Source of the DNA: Eledone cirrhosa
Taxonomy: Eukaryota
DNA length: 64,000 bases
NCBI GenBank assembly: GCA_964016885.1
Contig: OZ024743.1
Coordinates: forward strand, 163,866,001 to 163,930,000
Direction of reading: 5' to 3'
Position 1 is the first letter of the stretch. Every line of letters begins with the position of its first letter. This document shows, one piece after another, positions 35,636-47,300 of this stretch. The notes under the pieces were generated by a model that was not told the origin of the DNA, ran no database searches, and saw nothing but the letters and a program-made list of their open reading frames with translations. Made by a program: the position numbers and the translations under genes.

Positions 35636-36896
35636 CAAGGTCCCAAACTCAAGAACTCTAAAGAGCCATTACATCCTGGGAGAAAGATACAGTGAGCCAA
35701 AAGTGAGATGAGAGAGGAACATGATTTCCACCAGTTATAATGCTAATCTTCAATACAGCTGATAGGCTGCTGTTTATTTTCCATCAAAATCAATACACAT
35801 ATGATAGTAAGTGGGATATGTGAATTAGTACAAAATGTAGGGGAACAAATTTTCCTTAATTCCATTTTCACTTTAGATAAATTCCATTTTTTCCATTTTA
35901 TTGTATGGGCTTCGTTGGAAAACTGATGGAGTTGATTTTCCATTTAACATTCAGCTTTACCATGGCAGAAGTGGCCAAGGCGAGTTTTGTCAGTATCTCT
36001 TTTGAGATCTGCCATGTTTGGTCAGAGTGGATCCTAGGTACCTGAAGGTGTCCACATCTTCAAGTCTTCCTCTATTCAGCATAATGTTTGTTGCTATATT
36101 CTGATTAACCAGAATTTTGCTCTTTTCTGAGCTGATCTCCATTCCGCATGTTTTTGATACTTTTTCCAGTCTGGTAGTGAGCTCCCGGAGTCCTGCTTCA
36201 CTAATAGATCAATGTCATCAGCAAAGCGCAGGAAATGGGCCATCCTTCAATGGAAACTGAGATATGGCAAACTGTATAAGTTCTTAGTGACTTCAATCCT
36301 TTTGTATGGGTGTGGGAGTTGGACTCTGACAGCTGATATGGAATGAAGAACCCAGTCATTTGAGCACAAATGCTTTAGGAGGATGCTGACATCCTATACA
36401 TGGAGCACAAAACAGCTTTGTGAGGCAGCAAGTTAACAAATATGCTGGCAGACAGGAACCACTCCTTCGAATGGTAACAGGACAGAAGCTTGTCTGGTAG
36501 GGTGGTATATCCTGGCACAACTCCTTGTCCAAAACCATCCTTCAGGGTACAGTTGAGAGAGGGTGAAGAAGAGGCAAACAAAGAAAATCCTGGTCCGACA
36601 ACATCAAAGACTGGACTGGTCACAACACTGAGATTCTTCTACACATGACGGAGAATAGAGACCAATAGCAACAACTGACAGCAAAAGTATCAAGAGAGGC
36701 ACCCCAACGGCTGTCCAGTTGTGGGAACATGATGATGATGTATTTCATGGGTAAATTGCAATAAATAATACTATAAATATTAAAACAGACAAAAGTTTTA
36801 GGAAAATATTAATCATGAAAGTTGTTCTGTTACAAACCATAGAAAAATAGTTTGCAGGCCACATACAGCCTGTGGGCCATGTATTTGAGACCCCTG
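35636..36896. mobile_element. hAT-type MITE with 8-bp TSD, containing a nested LINE fragment
   Basis: TSD TATTAAAG at 35628-35635 and 36897-36904. Termini are CAAGGTCCCAAA and TTTGAGACCCCTG. Confidence 0.8.
35940..36740. mobile_element. RTE-like LINE fragment with 5' inversion
   Basis: 35940-36270 on the minus strand encodes LRFADDIDL..FRYLG remnants. 36330-36740 on the plus strand encodes FEHKCFRRML..SKTILQGTVE..WSDNIKDWTG and ends in (ATG)n. Confidence 0.75.
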
Positions 36897-37017
36897 TATT
36901 AAAGAAACCCTCCTATATACATACACATATGTATATATATATATTATTTTACTTTTTCTTTACTGATTTCAGCCCTTAGAAAGATGCCATATATATTAAA
37001 GAAATTTTGTCTATATA

Positions 37018-38240
37018 TCATCATCATTTTGATTTTGTGACCTTTTTTTCCATGCTTACATGGATTGGACAGGTCCTCTCCAACTCAGCCTCCCTTTTCT
37101 CATAGCATTTCTTCATCATATTCTGTGTGAGGTTCAGCCTTTTGAGCTCAGTTTTTTCTCGGTCTTCCTCTACTGCAGCTTCCTTCCACTAACATCTCTT
37201 GGTACTTCTTCACCTAGTGTTCACTGTCCATATGCATCACAGGTTCATACCAGGTCAATTTTCTCTCTTGTACACTATATCTGATTTCTGTTATACTCAG
37301 TTTTTCTTTCAGTTCATCCATGCTTTACCGTTCATGCACACCAAGATTACACAACCAACAGAGCATGCTCGCTTCATTTCTCTCCATCCTCCACATATCC
37401 TCTGCATTTGCTGTCATACAACATTGCATTTCACATTCAGGTATCATACAGTCAACCCTTCACTCAGAGGTATAAGTCCTTTATTGTCAACAGAAGTAGT
37501 AGCTGCCTGAATTTCTTTCATCCTGTTCTTATCCTAGCTACTATGCTTTCAGAGCAAACTGCTATACTGCTAATTAAGTCATTTAAGTAACAGAAACTAT
37601 CAATTACTTCTATGGTACCTTCCTGGTTTTGAAAATGGTTAATTTTACTACTGCCCTTACTGCACACTATGCCTGTGCATCTCCCACATCCAATGTCTAT
37701 CTTATCTGTTAGTCTACCCACAATCCCAGTACACCTCTTGTATACCTATATTGTGCTTTGTATAGAGTTTCTACCTATTCCTTTTCTACATATTGAGCTT
37801 TGATATTTCCCTGATGGAATCAGTCTTATCCTCTTTCCTATTTACTAAAACAGTGGTCTTTGCTAGGTTTAATCTGAACCCTTCTGATACTAAGTCCTGT
37901 TTCCAGAACAGGAATTTCTTTTCAAGCTCTTCAACAGATTCAGCTATAAGAACTATGTTATCAGCATACAGAAGTTTCCATGGGCTGCCAATTTTAAGCT
38001 GCTCTGTTATGGCCTGGAGGAAGGGCTGAGAGCTGAACCTTGGTGAACACCCACCTACTCATTGAATTCTTCACTGAATTCATTACTTACTCTCACAAGC
38101 CATTCTTCTACACCTAATTTCCTTGAAGACCACTAGATAACAAATGTGGTACTCTGCCAAAAACCTTTTCCAGATATACAAAAGCTAGGTATAGCAACTT
38201 GCACTTAGCTAGGAACTTCTATAGTAGTTGTCTCACTAAG
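37018..38240 (-). mobile_element. Old decayed RTE LINE of the finger-containing type
   Basis: Remnants PWKLLYADN, CGRCTG and IDSFCYLND..CSESIVARIRTG, with a (CAT)n tail. Confidence 0.85.
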
Positions 38241-38836
38241 ATATATATATATATATAAAGAAGGTGATGATGATGATGATAAAATAGAAGATTATAAATG
38301 CATTCCTCCTCACTCATCTTGAAGTTATTGAAGAGATAAGACACACTCTACTCTGAAAGGCTAAAATGAATCACTAGAGTTGATTTAGCTACGTTCCAGT
38401 CATCCATCCATACAAATCTGGTCAGGTATTTCAGCCACCACAACACATCTATTTTGTTATCCTCATTTTTCCCCTACCATGCTGACTCTGTCTCTGTCTA
38501 TTTTTCCATCAAAGGCTACAGGCCATGACTGGCTATTATTAATATTATTGTTGCTGTATTCTATTGGCTACTTTGCCAGGCTGTATTCTATCAGTTAGTT
38601 TGTTAGCCTTGATGGCGACCCTCTCTATACCTCACAATTTCCCTCCCACCCACCTGCTCACACCACCATCCCACCCACCCCCTCACACCACCATAGCCTA
38701 TTCGACCAATCAAACCTCAGCATGCCATTTCTTCTACTACTACCTAACTCTCTCCTCCCCCATCCCAGCCCAACACACCCTGCCATTATTACCACCACCA
38801 CTGTTCTTCTAGCCCTCAATTTTCCTACCAGTATGG

Positions 38837-40051
38837 ATGGATGAGCTGAGAATAAATTGGAGCAACTCTGAATTAATAGATGAAATGAATATGAATCCGC
38901 GAGCTACCAAGCACCCATGTGAAGCGCCAATCCAGAAAGAGGAAGCACACACACACCCCCGCAAAAATCGACCCTTCCCTACAAGTGTCGACAAATGCCC
39001 CAAACTCCGAGTTGGTACCATCAATGTAAGGACAATGAAAGGAAGAGCAGGAGAAATGCTAGACCGAAAGGAAATTGATGTATGCTGTGTGCAAGAGACT
39101 AGATGGAGAGGAGAGTCTGCTAGAGACCTTGTAGGAAAAAGTCGGTGCTACAAATTTTTCTGGGTGGGAAATGACGATGGGATGGGTGGTGTAGGTATAC
39201 TACTAGCTGACAAGTGGGTAGATAAAGTAATCTCAGTGTACAGGGTAAATGCAAGAATCATTAAACTCAGACTAGTCCTGAATAAAACAATTACCACAAT
39301 AATATCAGCTTACGCACCCCAATCGGGGTTGCCAGACAAACTTAAGGATAGATTTTACGAGTCCCTAATGCACACTACTGCTCTAACAAACGACAATGAC
39401 TTCCTAATCATCGCAGTAGATTTTAACGGACACGTTGGTAAACACTGTGACAGCTTCAATGGAGGCCATGGGGTTGGCACAAGAAATGAAGAAGGATTCA
39501 GACTTCTAGAATTCTGCGACGCCAATGACATGTCCATATGTAACACAAACTTCAAAAAGCCCGACAACCACTTGATCGCCTATAGATCAGGGGAGCATTC
39601 TAGTCAGATAGATTTTATCCTCATCAGAGAACGTGACAGATGGACGGTCGTAAACACAAAAGCCTTCCCTGGTGAGGAATGTACCTCCCAACATAGCTTA
39701 GTTGTCAGCGACCCCACAGTCAGAACTAGACGAACCTGGAAACAGAGGCCAACCTGGAGAAGAAAGATCTGGAAGCTGAAAGACCCCTCAGCCAGTAACA
39801 GATTTAAAGATATTTTACTCAATGCCTACGACAGTAAAGAAGAACAGATAGAGACATTCAATGTAGAAGAGCACTGGGAGTTCCTAAAAAATAACTTACT
39901 AGAGGCGACAGATGAGGTCTGTGGCTGGAGTAAGACCACAAGCAGGAGGAGAGTGACTTGGTGGTGGAACAATAAGGTAGATGAGGCAGTTAAGGCCAAG
40001 AGACAGGCATGGAAAGAATGGAAGAACGGGGGAGCAGGGTACATTACATAG
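38837..40051 (+). CDS. RTE apurinic-type endonuclease domain (frameshifted into RT)
   Basis: GTINVRTM, CCVQETRW, GGVGILL, ISAYAPQ, DFNGHVG, QIDFIL, SQHSLV. Confidence 0.9.
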   Translation: MDELRINWSNSELIDEMNMNPRATKHPCEAPIQKEEAHTHPRKNRPFPTSVDKCPKLRVGTINVRTMKGRAGEMLDRKEIDVCCVQETRWRGESARDLVGKSRCYKFFWVGNDDGMGGVGILLADKWVDKVISVYRVNARIIKLRLVLNKTITTIISAYAPQSGLPDKLKDRFYESLMHTTALTNDNDFLIIAVDFNGHVGKHCDSFNGGHGVGTRNEEGFRLLEFCDANDMSICNTNFKKPDNHLIAYRSGEHSSQIDFILIRERDRWTVVNTKAFPGEECTSQHSLVVSDPTVRTRRTWKQRPTWRRKIWKLKDPSASNRFKDILLNAYDSKEEQIETFNVEEHWEFLKNNLLEATDEVCGWSKTTSRRRVTWWWNNKVDEAVKAKRQAWKEWKNGGAGYIT

Positions 40052-40172
40052 AGACCAAGAGGGAAGCTAGGCGACAAGTATACATAGGTAGGAGGGAAGC
40101 AGAGGATAGAAAATTCAAGCATGTTTTGCAACGTGAGGACCAGAAACAGGAGGTGTTCAAGATTGCGAGGCA

Positions 40173-41351
40173 GTGTGTCAGGAGAATTGTGATGTCATTG
40201 GAGAGAAGTGTATCCGGAATGATAAAGGTGAGCTTGCCCTCACAAGTGCTGAGAAGAAAGATGCATGGAAGAGTCATTATGATAGATTACTAAATGAGGA
40301 GAATGCATGGGAAGAAGAGACCCTACCCCAAGTAGACCGTATAGAGGGGCCAGCAGTACAAGTCAGCAGCAACGTAGTAAGTAAGGCAATCAAAGATATG
40401 AAGATGGGGAAGGCAACCGGTCCATCGGGTATAGCTGCCGAGATGCTGAAGGCATCTGGGTCTGTAGGTCACACTATAACCACACGTATTGTTAACCAGG
40501 TAATACTAGGTGTCATACCAAAAGATTGGTGCAGTAGCATCATTGTCAACTGCTACAAAGGTAAAGGTGATGCACTCGATAGAGGAAACTATAGAGGTAT
40601 AAAGCTGATGGACCAGGTCATGAAAGTAACAGAAAGAGTTATAGCACAGTTGATTAGGGACCGGGTAAAACTAGATGAGATGCAATTTGGGTTTGTACCA
40701 GGAAGAGACACCACTGATGCCCTCTTCCTTGTGAGGCAGTTACAGGAAAAGTACCTAGCTAAAAGTAAGCCACTCTACCTGGCATTCGTTGATCTCGAGA
40801 AAGCCTTTGACAGAGTTCCACGTGCTGTAATCTGGTGGGCTCTTAGAAAACTAGGAGTAGATGAACGGCTTGTGAAAGCTGTACAAGCCATGTATAGGGG
40901 AGCAGTCAGCAAAGTTAGGATTAGCAATGAGTATAGCGTACTGGTTGGGGTCCACCAGGTCTCTGTTCTTAACCCTCTCCTGTTCATCATAGTTTTGCAG
41001 GAAATAACGGAGGAGTTTATGACCGGATGCCCATGGGAACTCCTGTATGCTGATGACCTCGTACTTATAGCAGAATCTATGGTAGAACAAGAGAAGAAAT
41101 TCCAAACTTGGAAGCAGGGACTAGAAAGAAAGGGTCTCAAAGTCAACATGACAAAGACTAGGGTCCTTGTAAGTAGACGAGAAAACAGAACCCAGATCCC
41201 CTCAGGGAAATGGCCTTGCTCAGTATGTAGGAAAGGTGTAGGTAGGAACTCCATTCTCTGCCCCAAATGCAAACAATGGGTACACAAGAGATGTAGCGGG
41301 ATCTCAGGAAGCTTAATTAAGAATGTAGCCTTCACATGCAGCATGAGGTGA
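40173..41351 (+). CDS. RTE reverse transcriptase, truncated after the PHD-like finger
   Basis: QFGF, DLEKAFDRV, LYADD, then WPCSVC..CPKCKQWVHKRC..FTC. Confidence 0.9.
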   Translation: MCQENCDVIGEKCIRNDKGELALTSAEKKDAWKSHYDRLLNEENAWEEETLPQVDRIEGPAVQVSSNVVSKAIKDMKMGKATGPSGIAAEMLKASGSVGHTITTRIVNQVILGVIPKDWCSSIIVNCYKGKGDALDRGNYRGIKLMDQVMKVTERVIAQLIRDRVKLDEMQFGFVPGRDTTDALFLVRQLQEKYLAKSKPLYLAFVDLEKAFDRVPRAVIWWALRKLGVDERLVKAVQAMYRGAVSKVRISNEYSVLVGVHQVSVLNPLLFIIVLQEITEEFMTGCPWELLYADDLVLIAESMVEQEKKFQTWKQGLERKGLKVNMTKTRVLVSRRENRTQIPSGKWPCSVCRKGVGRNSILCPKCKQWVHKRCSGISGSLIKNVAFTCSMR

Positions 41352-42265
41352 TAAAAGCCAACCTTACCCAATTACACCTCTCAAAGGTGTCACGCAGTAA
41401 TACAGAGTACCCGACCTCCCATGGGTACAAGCTGAAGCATATAGACAATATGCCCCCACACCCCCTACTGCAAGGTGGTCGTGGAGGTGCCACGGCAAAA
41501 AAGCACGCAGCCCACACTGTAAAGTGGACGTGTAGGCGCCACGAAAAAGCACCCAGCACTCACTGTAAATGAGGTTGCTGTTAGGAAGGGCATCCAGCTG
41601 TAGAAATCAAGCCAAAATCAGTTCCTGTATGAGCAAGGCATGGTCAGCCGACCAGACACTGCCCACAACAGGACAACCCGTCTAACCCATGCTAGCATGG
41701 AAGAACGGACGTAAAACGGTGATGTAGATGATGATGAAACTAAAGTAGAAACACTGTGTGTGTGTGTATATATATATGGCCTTGCTCAGTATGTAGGAAA
41801 GGTGTAGGTATATATACACACATAAATATATACACACACAGTGTTTCTACTTTAGTTTATAATCTATTTTATCATCATCATCATCATCACCTTTTTTACT
41901 CTTTCTCCTTCTGCCTCTCTTCTTATTTATTTCTCCTCTATCTTCAACATAATTTTGCTTTCTTTCTCTATTTCTCCTACTACTACTATTACCATCAAAG
42001 AGAGACAGGGGGAAAGGAGAGAGAAAGGATGAGAGAAAGAAAAGAGAAAAAATGTGAGAAAGGTGTGTTTGATAAAATTGAGTAGAACAAATGACCATAG
42101 TGTTAAAGTACCAATGGAAGAATAAACAAACAACTGAAACAACAGCAGATGTTTTCTCTTGAAGTTTATCTCTTTATATTTTTTTTATTCACTCTTTAAC
42201 TTCTCCTTTCTCTGCCTCCACTCTCTCTCTTTCTCTCTGTCACAATCATCTCTCATGTATATAAT

Positions 42266-42470
42266 AATAATTGTTTCTACTTTTGACACAAGGCTAGCAA
42301 ATACCCTGTGCATTACTGGTACTTTATTTTATCGACCCCGTAATGAGGAAAGGCAAAGTTAACCTCGGCGGGAACTTCTCTATGCTGACGATCTGGTTCT
42401 TATAGCAAAATGGCAAGGGCCGTAACTCTATGCGTCAAAGCATGGCGTCCGACCCTCTACCGATACTGCA
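42266..42470 (-). mobile_element. Meta-like tRNA SINE carrying a short RTE-derived insert
   Basis: Matches the 20527 and 32449 copies except at 42373-42410. Confidence 0.85.
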
Positions 42471-42475
42471 TGAAA

Positions 42476-44070
42476 TTATTGTGTACAGTACTCAGGTGCA
42501 CTACAACTCATCAAAGGTGCATGTATAGTACATAGAATAATGATCAAATGTCAGGAAAATGAACAGTGTACGAGTCATGAAATACATGTGTGCGTGTGGA
42601 GCGAGGATATCAGGTGTAGTGTTGGCGAATTTCAGGAAGCATGGAAGTTTTAAAGGATGCAGTGTCTCGACAGCTAACAACTGATGCAGGTAGTTTGTTC
42701 CATGCTTCAGCAACTCTGAGCGGCGAAAAAATGTTTCTGAAAGTCATGGGAGCTGTGCTGTTTTCTGACTTTGTAGGCATGCCCACATGTGTTAGACACA
42801 TGGAAATCAAAAGGTGCTCAGGGTTGTTGTTGGCAAGATGGTTAATAATTTTGTGGGTGTTTACCAAGTCAGTTGCCAGACATCAGAGCTTCAATGTATC
42901 CATGCCCAGGGAAGCAAGGCGTTCAGAGTATGGTAAATGCCTGATGGAGGGTATTCGCTTGGTTGCACGTCTCTGAACTGTTTCCAGGAGGTCAATGTTC
43001 TGAGCAAGATAGGGGTTCCAGACTGGAATTCTAAGTGTGGCCACACCATAGCTATATACAGCTTTAAATAGATAGCTGGAGAGCAGCTAACAAAGTTCTT
43101 GCTGAGTGATGCTAAGACACCCTCGGCCTTCTTGACAATTTTAGAGATGTGCTTTGTCCAACGCAAGTCGCTGCTGACAGTAATGCCCAGGTCACGTTCA
43201 CATTGATATTAGTGTTGTGGAGGGAGTATGTGGACGCTGGGTTTTTCTTCCCAAAATGCATGGTGGTACACTTGTCCACAGCCAACTTGAGTTGCCAGTC
43301 TGTGATCCATTGCTGCATTGTGTCCAGGTCTGATTGCAGGAAAGATCTATAATGTTCAGCATCTGTTCTTTTTATCTCAATGTACAGCTTGATGTCATCT
43401 GCATATTTCAGTACTGTGGCATTCTTTAAGTTGGCATCTATGTCATTAATATATGTCACAAACAAAAGGGGACCAAGAACAGATCCCTGTGGTACACCAG
43501 ATGACATCTCATATGGTGAGGAATGCTGTCCTAGAACCGTGACTACCTCTCTTCGACTGAGAACGAAGGACATCAACCAGTTAAAAAGATCATCCTTCAC
43601 TTTCACACCCATTGCAGAGAGTTTTGCCATAAGTCTTTTGTGTGGCATAGAATTGAAAGCTTTAGCAAAGTCAAGGAAAACAACATCCACCTATGAGCTG
43701 CCATCAGTGATCCGGGTGATGTCTTCAAGAAACTCGATAAGTTGATCACAGCAGCTGGAGTTAGGGATAAATCCAAATTGCAAGGGCCGGATAAGACTAT
43801 GAGAGTTCCAGAAGTTCCAAAGTATTTCTCTGACACAGGATTCCATCAGTTTGGCAATGCAGCTAGTAAGACTGACTGGACGATAGTTGACAGGCGACGT
43901 ACGGTCACCATTTTTGAACAGAGGAATGACACTGGCAGTTTTCCACTGCTCCGGTGTAGCACCGTTGTTAAGACAGAATTGAAAGAAGAGTGAAAGCTGG
44001 TGTAGAAGGAAGTACCCACCACGTTTGAGAAGCAGGTACGTAACACCATCAAGGAGAGGCATGGTTGCAT
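42476..44070 (-). mobile_element. CR1/Jockey-group LINE, 5'-truncated and decayed
   Basis: NYRPVSLTS, QFGF, VFLDFAKAF, SGVPQGSVLGPLLF..YINDI, KYADDIKLY, FSPLRVAEAWNKLP. Confidence 0.9.
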
Positions 44071-44117
44071 TTATTCTTAAGGTGACGTCGCAGCATTGCA
44101 GGTGTAAATTCCATAGT

Positions 44118-44222
44118 TGTTATATATTTATATATACATAATTAAAGTGATTATGAGAGAGTAGAACTGATCAACATGTGCATGTGTTCTTATTGGCAAC
44201 ATGACCCTCCCAAAGTATAACA
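44118..44222 (+). mobile_element. Remnant related to the solo LTR at 49655
   Basis: ttattggcaacatgaccctcccaaagtataaca is the reverse complement of the 49655 terminus. Confidence 0.55.
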
Positions 44223-44339
44223 AGATATATATTTTACTATGGTCAGAGTTATGTTGGTGCTACAACAGTTAGAAACACCAATCGTCTCTTCATTTTACCA
44301 CTGGCAAAATCTAGATTATATACATACAATATATATATT

Positions 44340-47300
44340 ATGTTGTCAAATAATTTTGTTGATTATGTTATTCCAATCTTATTTGAATTAACACAAATAT
44401 GTTTTATAGTTTTTTTTTAAATGAATGGATTTTTCTGTCAGCCCAATACATTTTGAAATCCCAACATTTTCTACATATGTCTAAAACTAACTATACCGCA
44501 TACACATTCAGATAAACATTTCATTGCAACATTACTGAGGGAACCTCCAATATATTTTATATTTGTTTCTATTTTGGATGGTGTGTATTCTGTAATATCA
44601 CTTCAAATACCTTGGAAACACTGCATTATATGGAAGGCCAAGAGAAGGAAAGTGCAGTGATCTGAAGAAAGTGAAAAAGTTGACAAGCCCCTCTCGGATC
44701 CAAACAGCTTTAGCATGAGCACAAGAATTAGTAGTGGACAGACAGTACCATTTGGATGAAAAGAGACAAAGGACTTGCTGCTACACAAAAACAACAAATT
44801 TAGGAACGGCAGCAAATTAGAAGAAATACTGATCAAGCACATCGTTCTACTGCCTGAGCAGCAGAACAAGCCATTGATTGGTGATTTTTCTTATGACCTC
44901 CAAAAGAACTACAGCAGCAATCCAGAAACCAACCTTGGAAAAATGAACAAATGCTGCTAGCATTGTGGTGCCAAAAAGTAAATATCAGAAACATCAGGTC
45001 TATGCTGCTCAAAAAGAGAAGTCAACCATAAAACAATACAGGAGCCTCCAAAATCTCTAAAGAATCTGCTTTTCCGGAATACCCTGGAAGCACGACATTT
45101 CAATAAATACACCCAAAAACATAATTCTGCCTTTCAAATAACATCTTTTGGAACTGACAGGAATGTGACCGACTTTAGATTCTAGACAACTTTAAAAATT
45201 CAGGAATAGTGCTACCACTTAATGGGTGCCCTTCTGCCATTTTCACAGGAGCCTCAGAAATTTTTGCAGGTTTACTTGATGGGTGGAAATGAAACAGAGG
45301 CACAACAGAGATGTACCAATGTCCATGGTGGATTGCAGTTCTACATAGTCATGAAGTTATAAGAAATGCTTCACCAACATCACATATACGTCAGTACATT
45401 TAAATATGCACTGGAGCATATGAACAACAGCAGGGATTGTAAAATTATCATCATCAGAGCAGACAAATGCCCAGCTTTAGAATATGAACGCAGGTTCAAT
45501 GCACCTGTCACTGATGAAGTTGCAATCATAATGGTTGATGAACAGCATGAACGACGTGACATTGTTTTGCAAAAACAAAGTGGACATTTGGAGCGAATTT
45601 GTGAAACTCATAGAGCCTATGATTCACTCCAATATCCGCTCATCTTTTGGAATGGTCAAGATGGATATCATTTTCAGCTACGGCAGATCAGCCCAGGAAC
45701 AGAACAAGAAACTAGTCAATCAATCAGTTTGCAAAGAATTCTATGTTTATCATTTCATGGTACTTGATCACTTCAACCAAGTTCTGCGATTCAAAGAAGT
45801 AACCAGCCAGTTCATGGTGGACATGTATGCCAAAATTGAAACAGATTGGGTTTCCTGTGAGAGAATCAAAGTAAGTTGAGAGCAGATAACTACATCCACC
45901 TTAGTGATGCCATCAATTCTGATGGTGACCCAAGAAATATTGGCCAGACAGTCATACTGTTATCAAGCTTTATGAGAGGACCACGTTACATGCATGAACG
46001 CACGCAGGATACAATGGCCCATGTCAGAAAATTTGGTTGGCAGTATCTCTTCAAATTGGACAGAAATATCAAATGAATTATTTCAAAATCAAAAACTGAC
46101 GGATTGGCATGACCTCATTGCTTGGGTGTTTCATGTTAAACAAAAAAACTCCTCTGGCTCCTAAAAGAAGGAAGAATCTTTGGTGAGCTTAGTACCTGGA
46201 TGATCACTATTGAGTGACAGAAGAGAGGTCTTCCTCACTCTCACACACTAATCTGATGCAAGGAGAAGATAAGACCAGATGATGTTGATAAGATCATTTC
46301 AGCAGAGTTGCCTGATAAAGATGGTGATCTAGAGCTCTTTGAAACCATCAAGTCCAAACTCATCTATGGTTCACATGGAGCCATCAATCCAGCCTCTCCC
46401 TGCATGAAAGATCAAGAATGCAGCAAACATTATCCTATTCGGGAAACTCAGACAGACAATGATGGATATCCTTTTTGTTGTAGGTGTAGACCAGAACGTT
46501 GAGGCAATACTGCAAACCTAACAGTTTGATGAGAACTGACCATAGACAATCGATTGGGAATCCTACACAACAAATTGTGCAAACTCTTAAAAGCCCATAT
46601 CAATGTTGAGTATTGCAGCTCTGTCAAAGCAATTCTATATGTCACAAGGGCAGTGACATGGCTACCTTTGTTACTGACAAGGAACTCAATGATGGTTGTC
46701 TGGTTGAGGTCAAACATTATTAGACAGGTCAATACATCTCCAGCGATGAAGCTATCTGGCTTAGTCAACCTATCAGTCCATCTGGAGAATGGACTGAGAG
46801 TGTGCTTCACTGAGACCACTGCTCATCAGTTAGCACAAGCACCACCCAACACTAGTCTAATTGCTTTTTAAACTCTGCTGAGATTCCATCATACTACCCC
46901 TGGATGAATTGCAAGACCTTGAATCGAAAGAAGCAAGGTTATTTAGTGGAAGGTCATGAAATCAAAGCAAATGATGCTATTGGGCGTGTTTTCAGTGTTC
47001 ACTCCAACAACAGAGAGTGCTTTTATCTATGGCTATTTCTGCATACATTTTGAGGACCAATGTCATTTGAGGGTGTCAGGTGCTCCGGAGGAAGGGTGTA
47101 TGCAACATACCAAGAAGCATGCAAACAGTCAGTCAAATAAGACAGTTGCTTGCTATTATGCTCACAGCATAGAGAATTGACGAAGCTCATCTACTCTGGC
47201 TGGAGTACAAAAACAATAAGCTGGTAGACTATCTACACCTAGCCTGAAGACATCATAAGAATATGTATATAGAATGTTCACCCAGGATTTACAATCAAGT

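Larger units (their letters stand above)
38300..41736 (+). mobile_element. Near full-length RTE LINE (subfamily A) with frameshifts and a deletion of the RT C-terminus
   Basis: AP endonuclease and RT ORFs followed by the 3' UTR and (GAT)n tail. A deletion at ~41343 joins the finger to the ORF end. The 5' boundary is approximate. Confidence 0.9.

Noticed and set aside
38300-38836. HDV-like ribozyme expected in the RTE 5' UTR
   Set aside because: I could not trace the nested double pseudoknot by eye; a descriptor search is needed.
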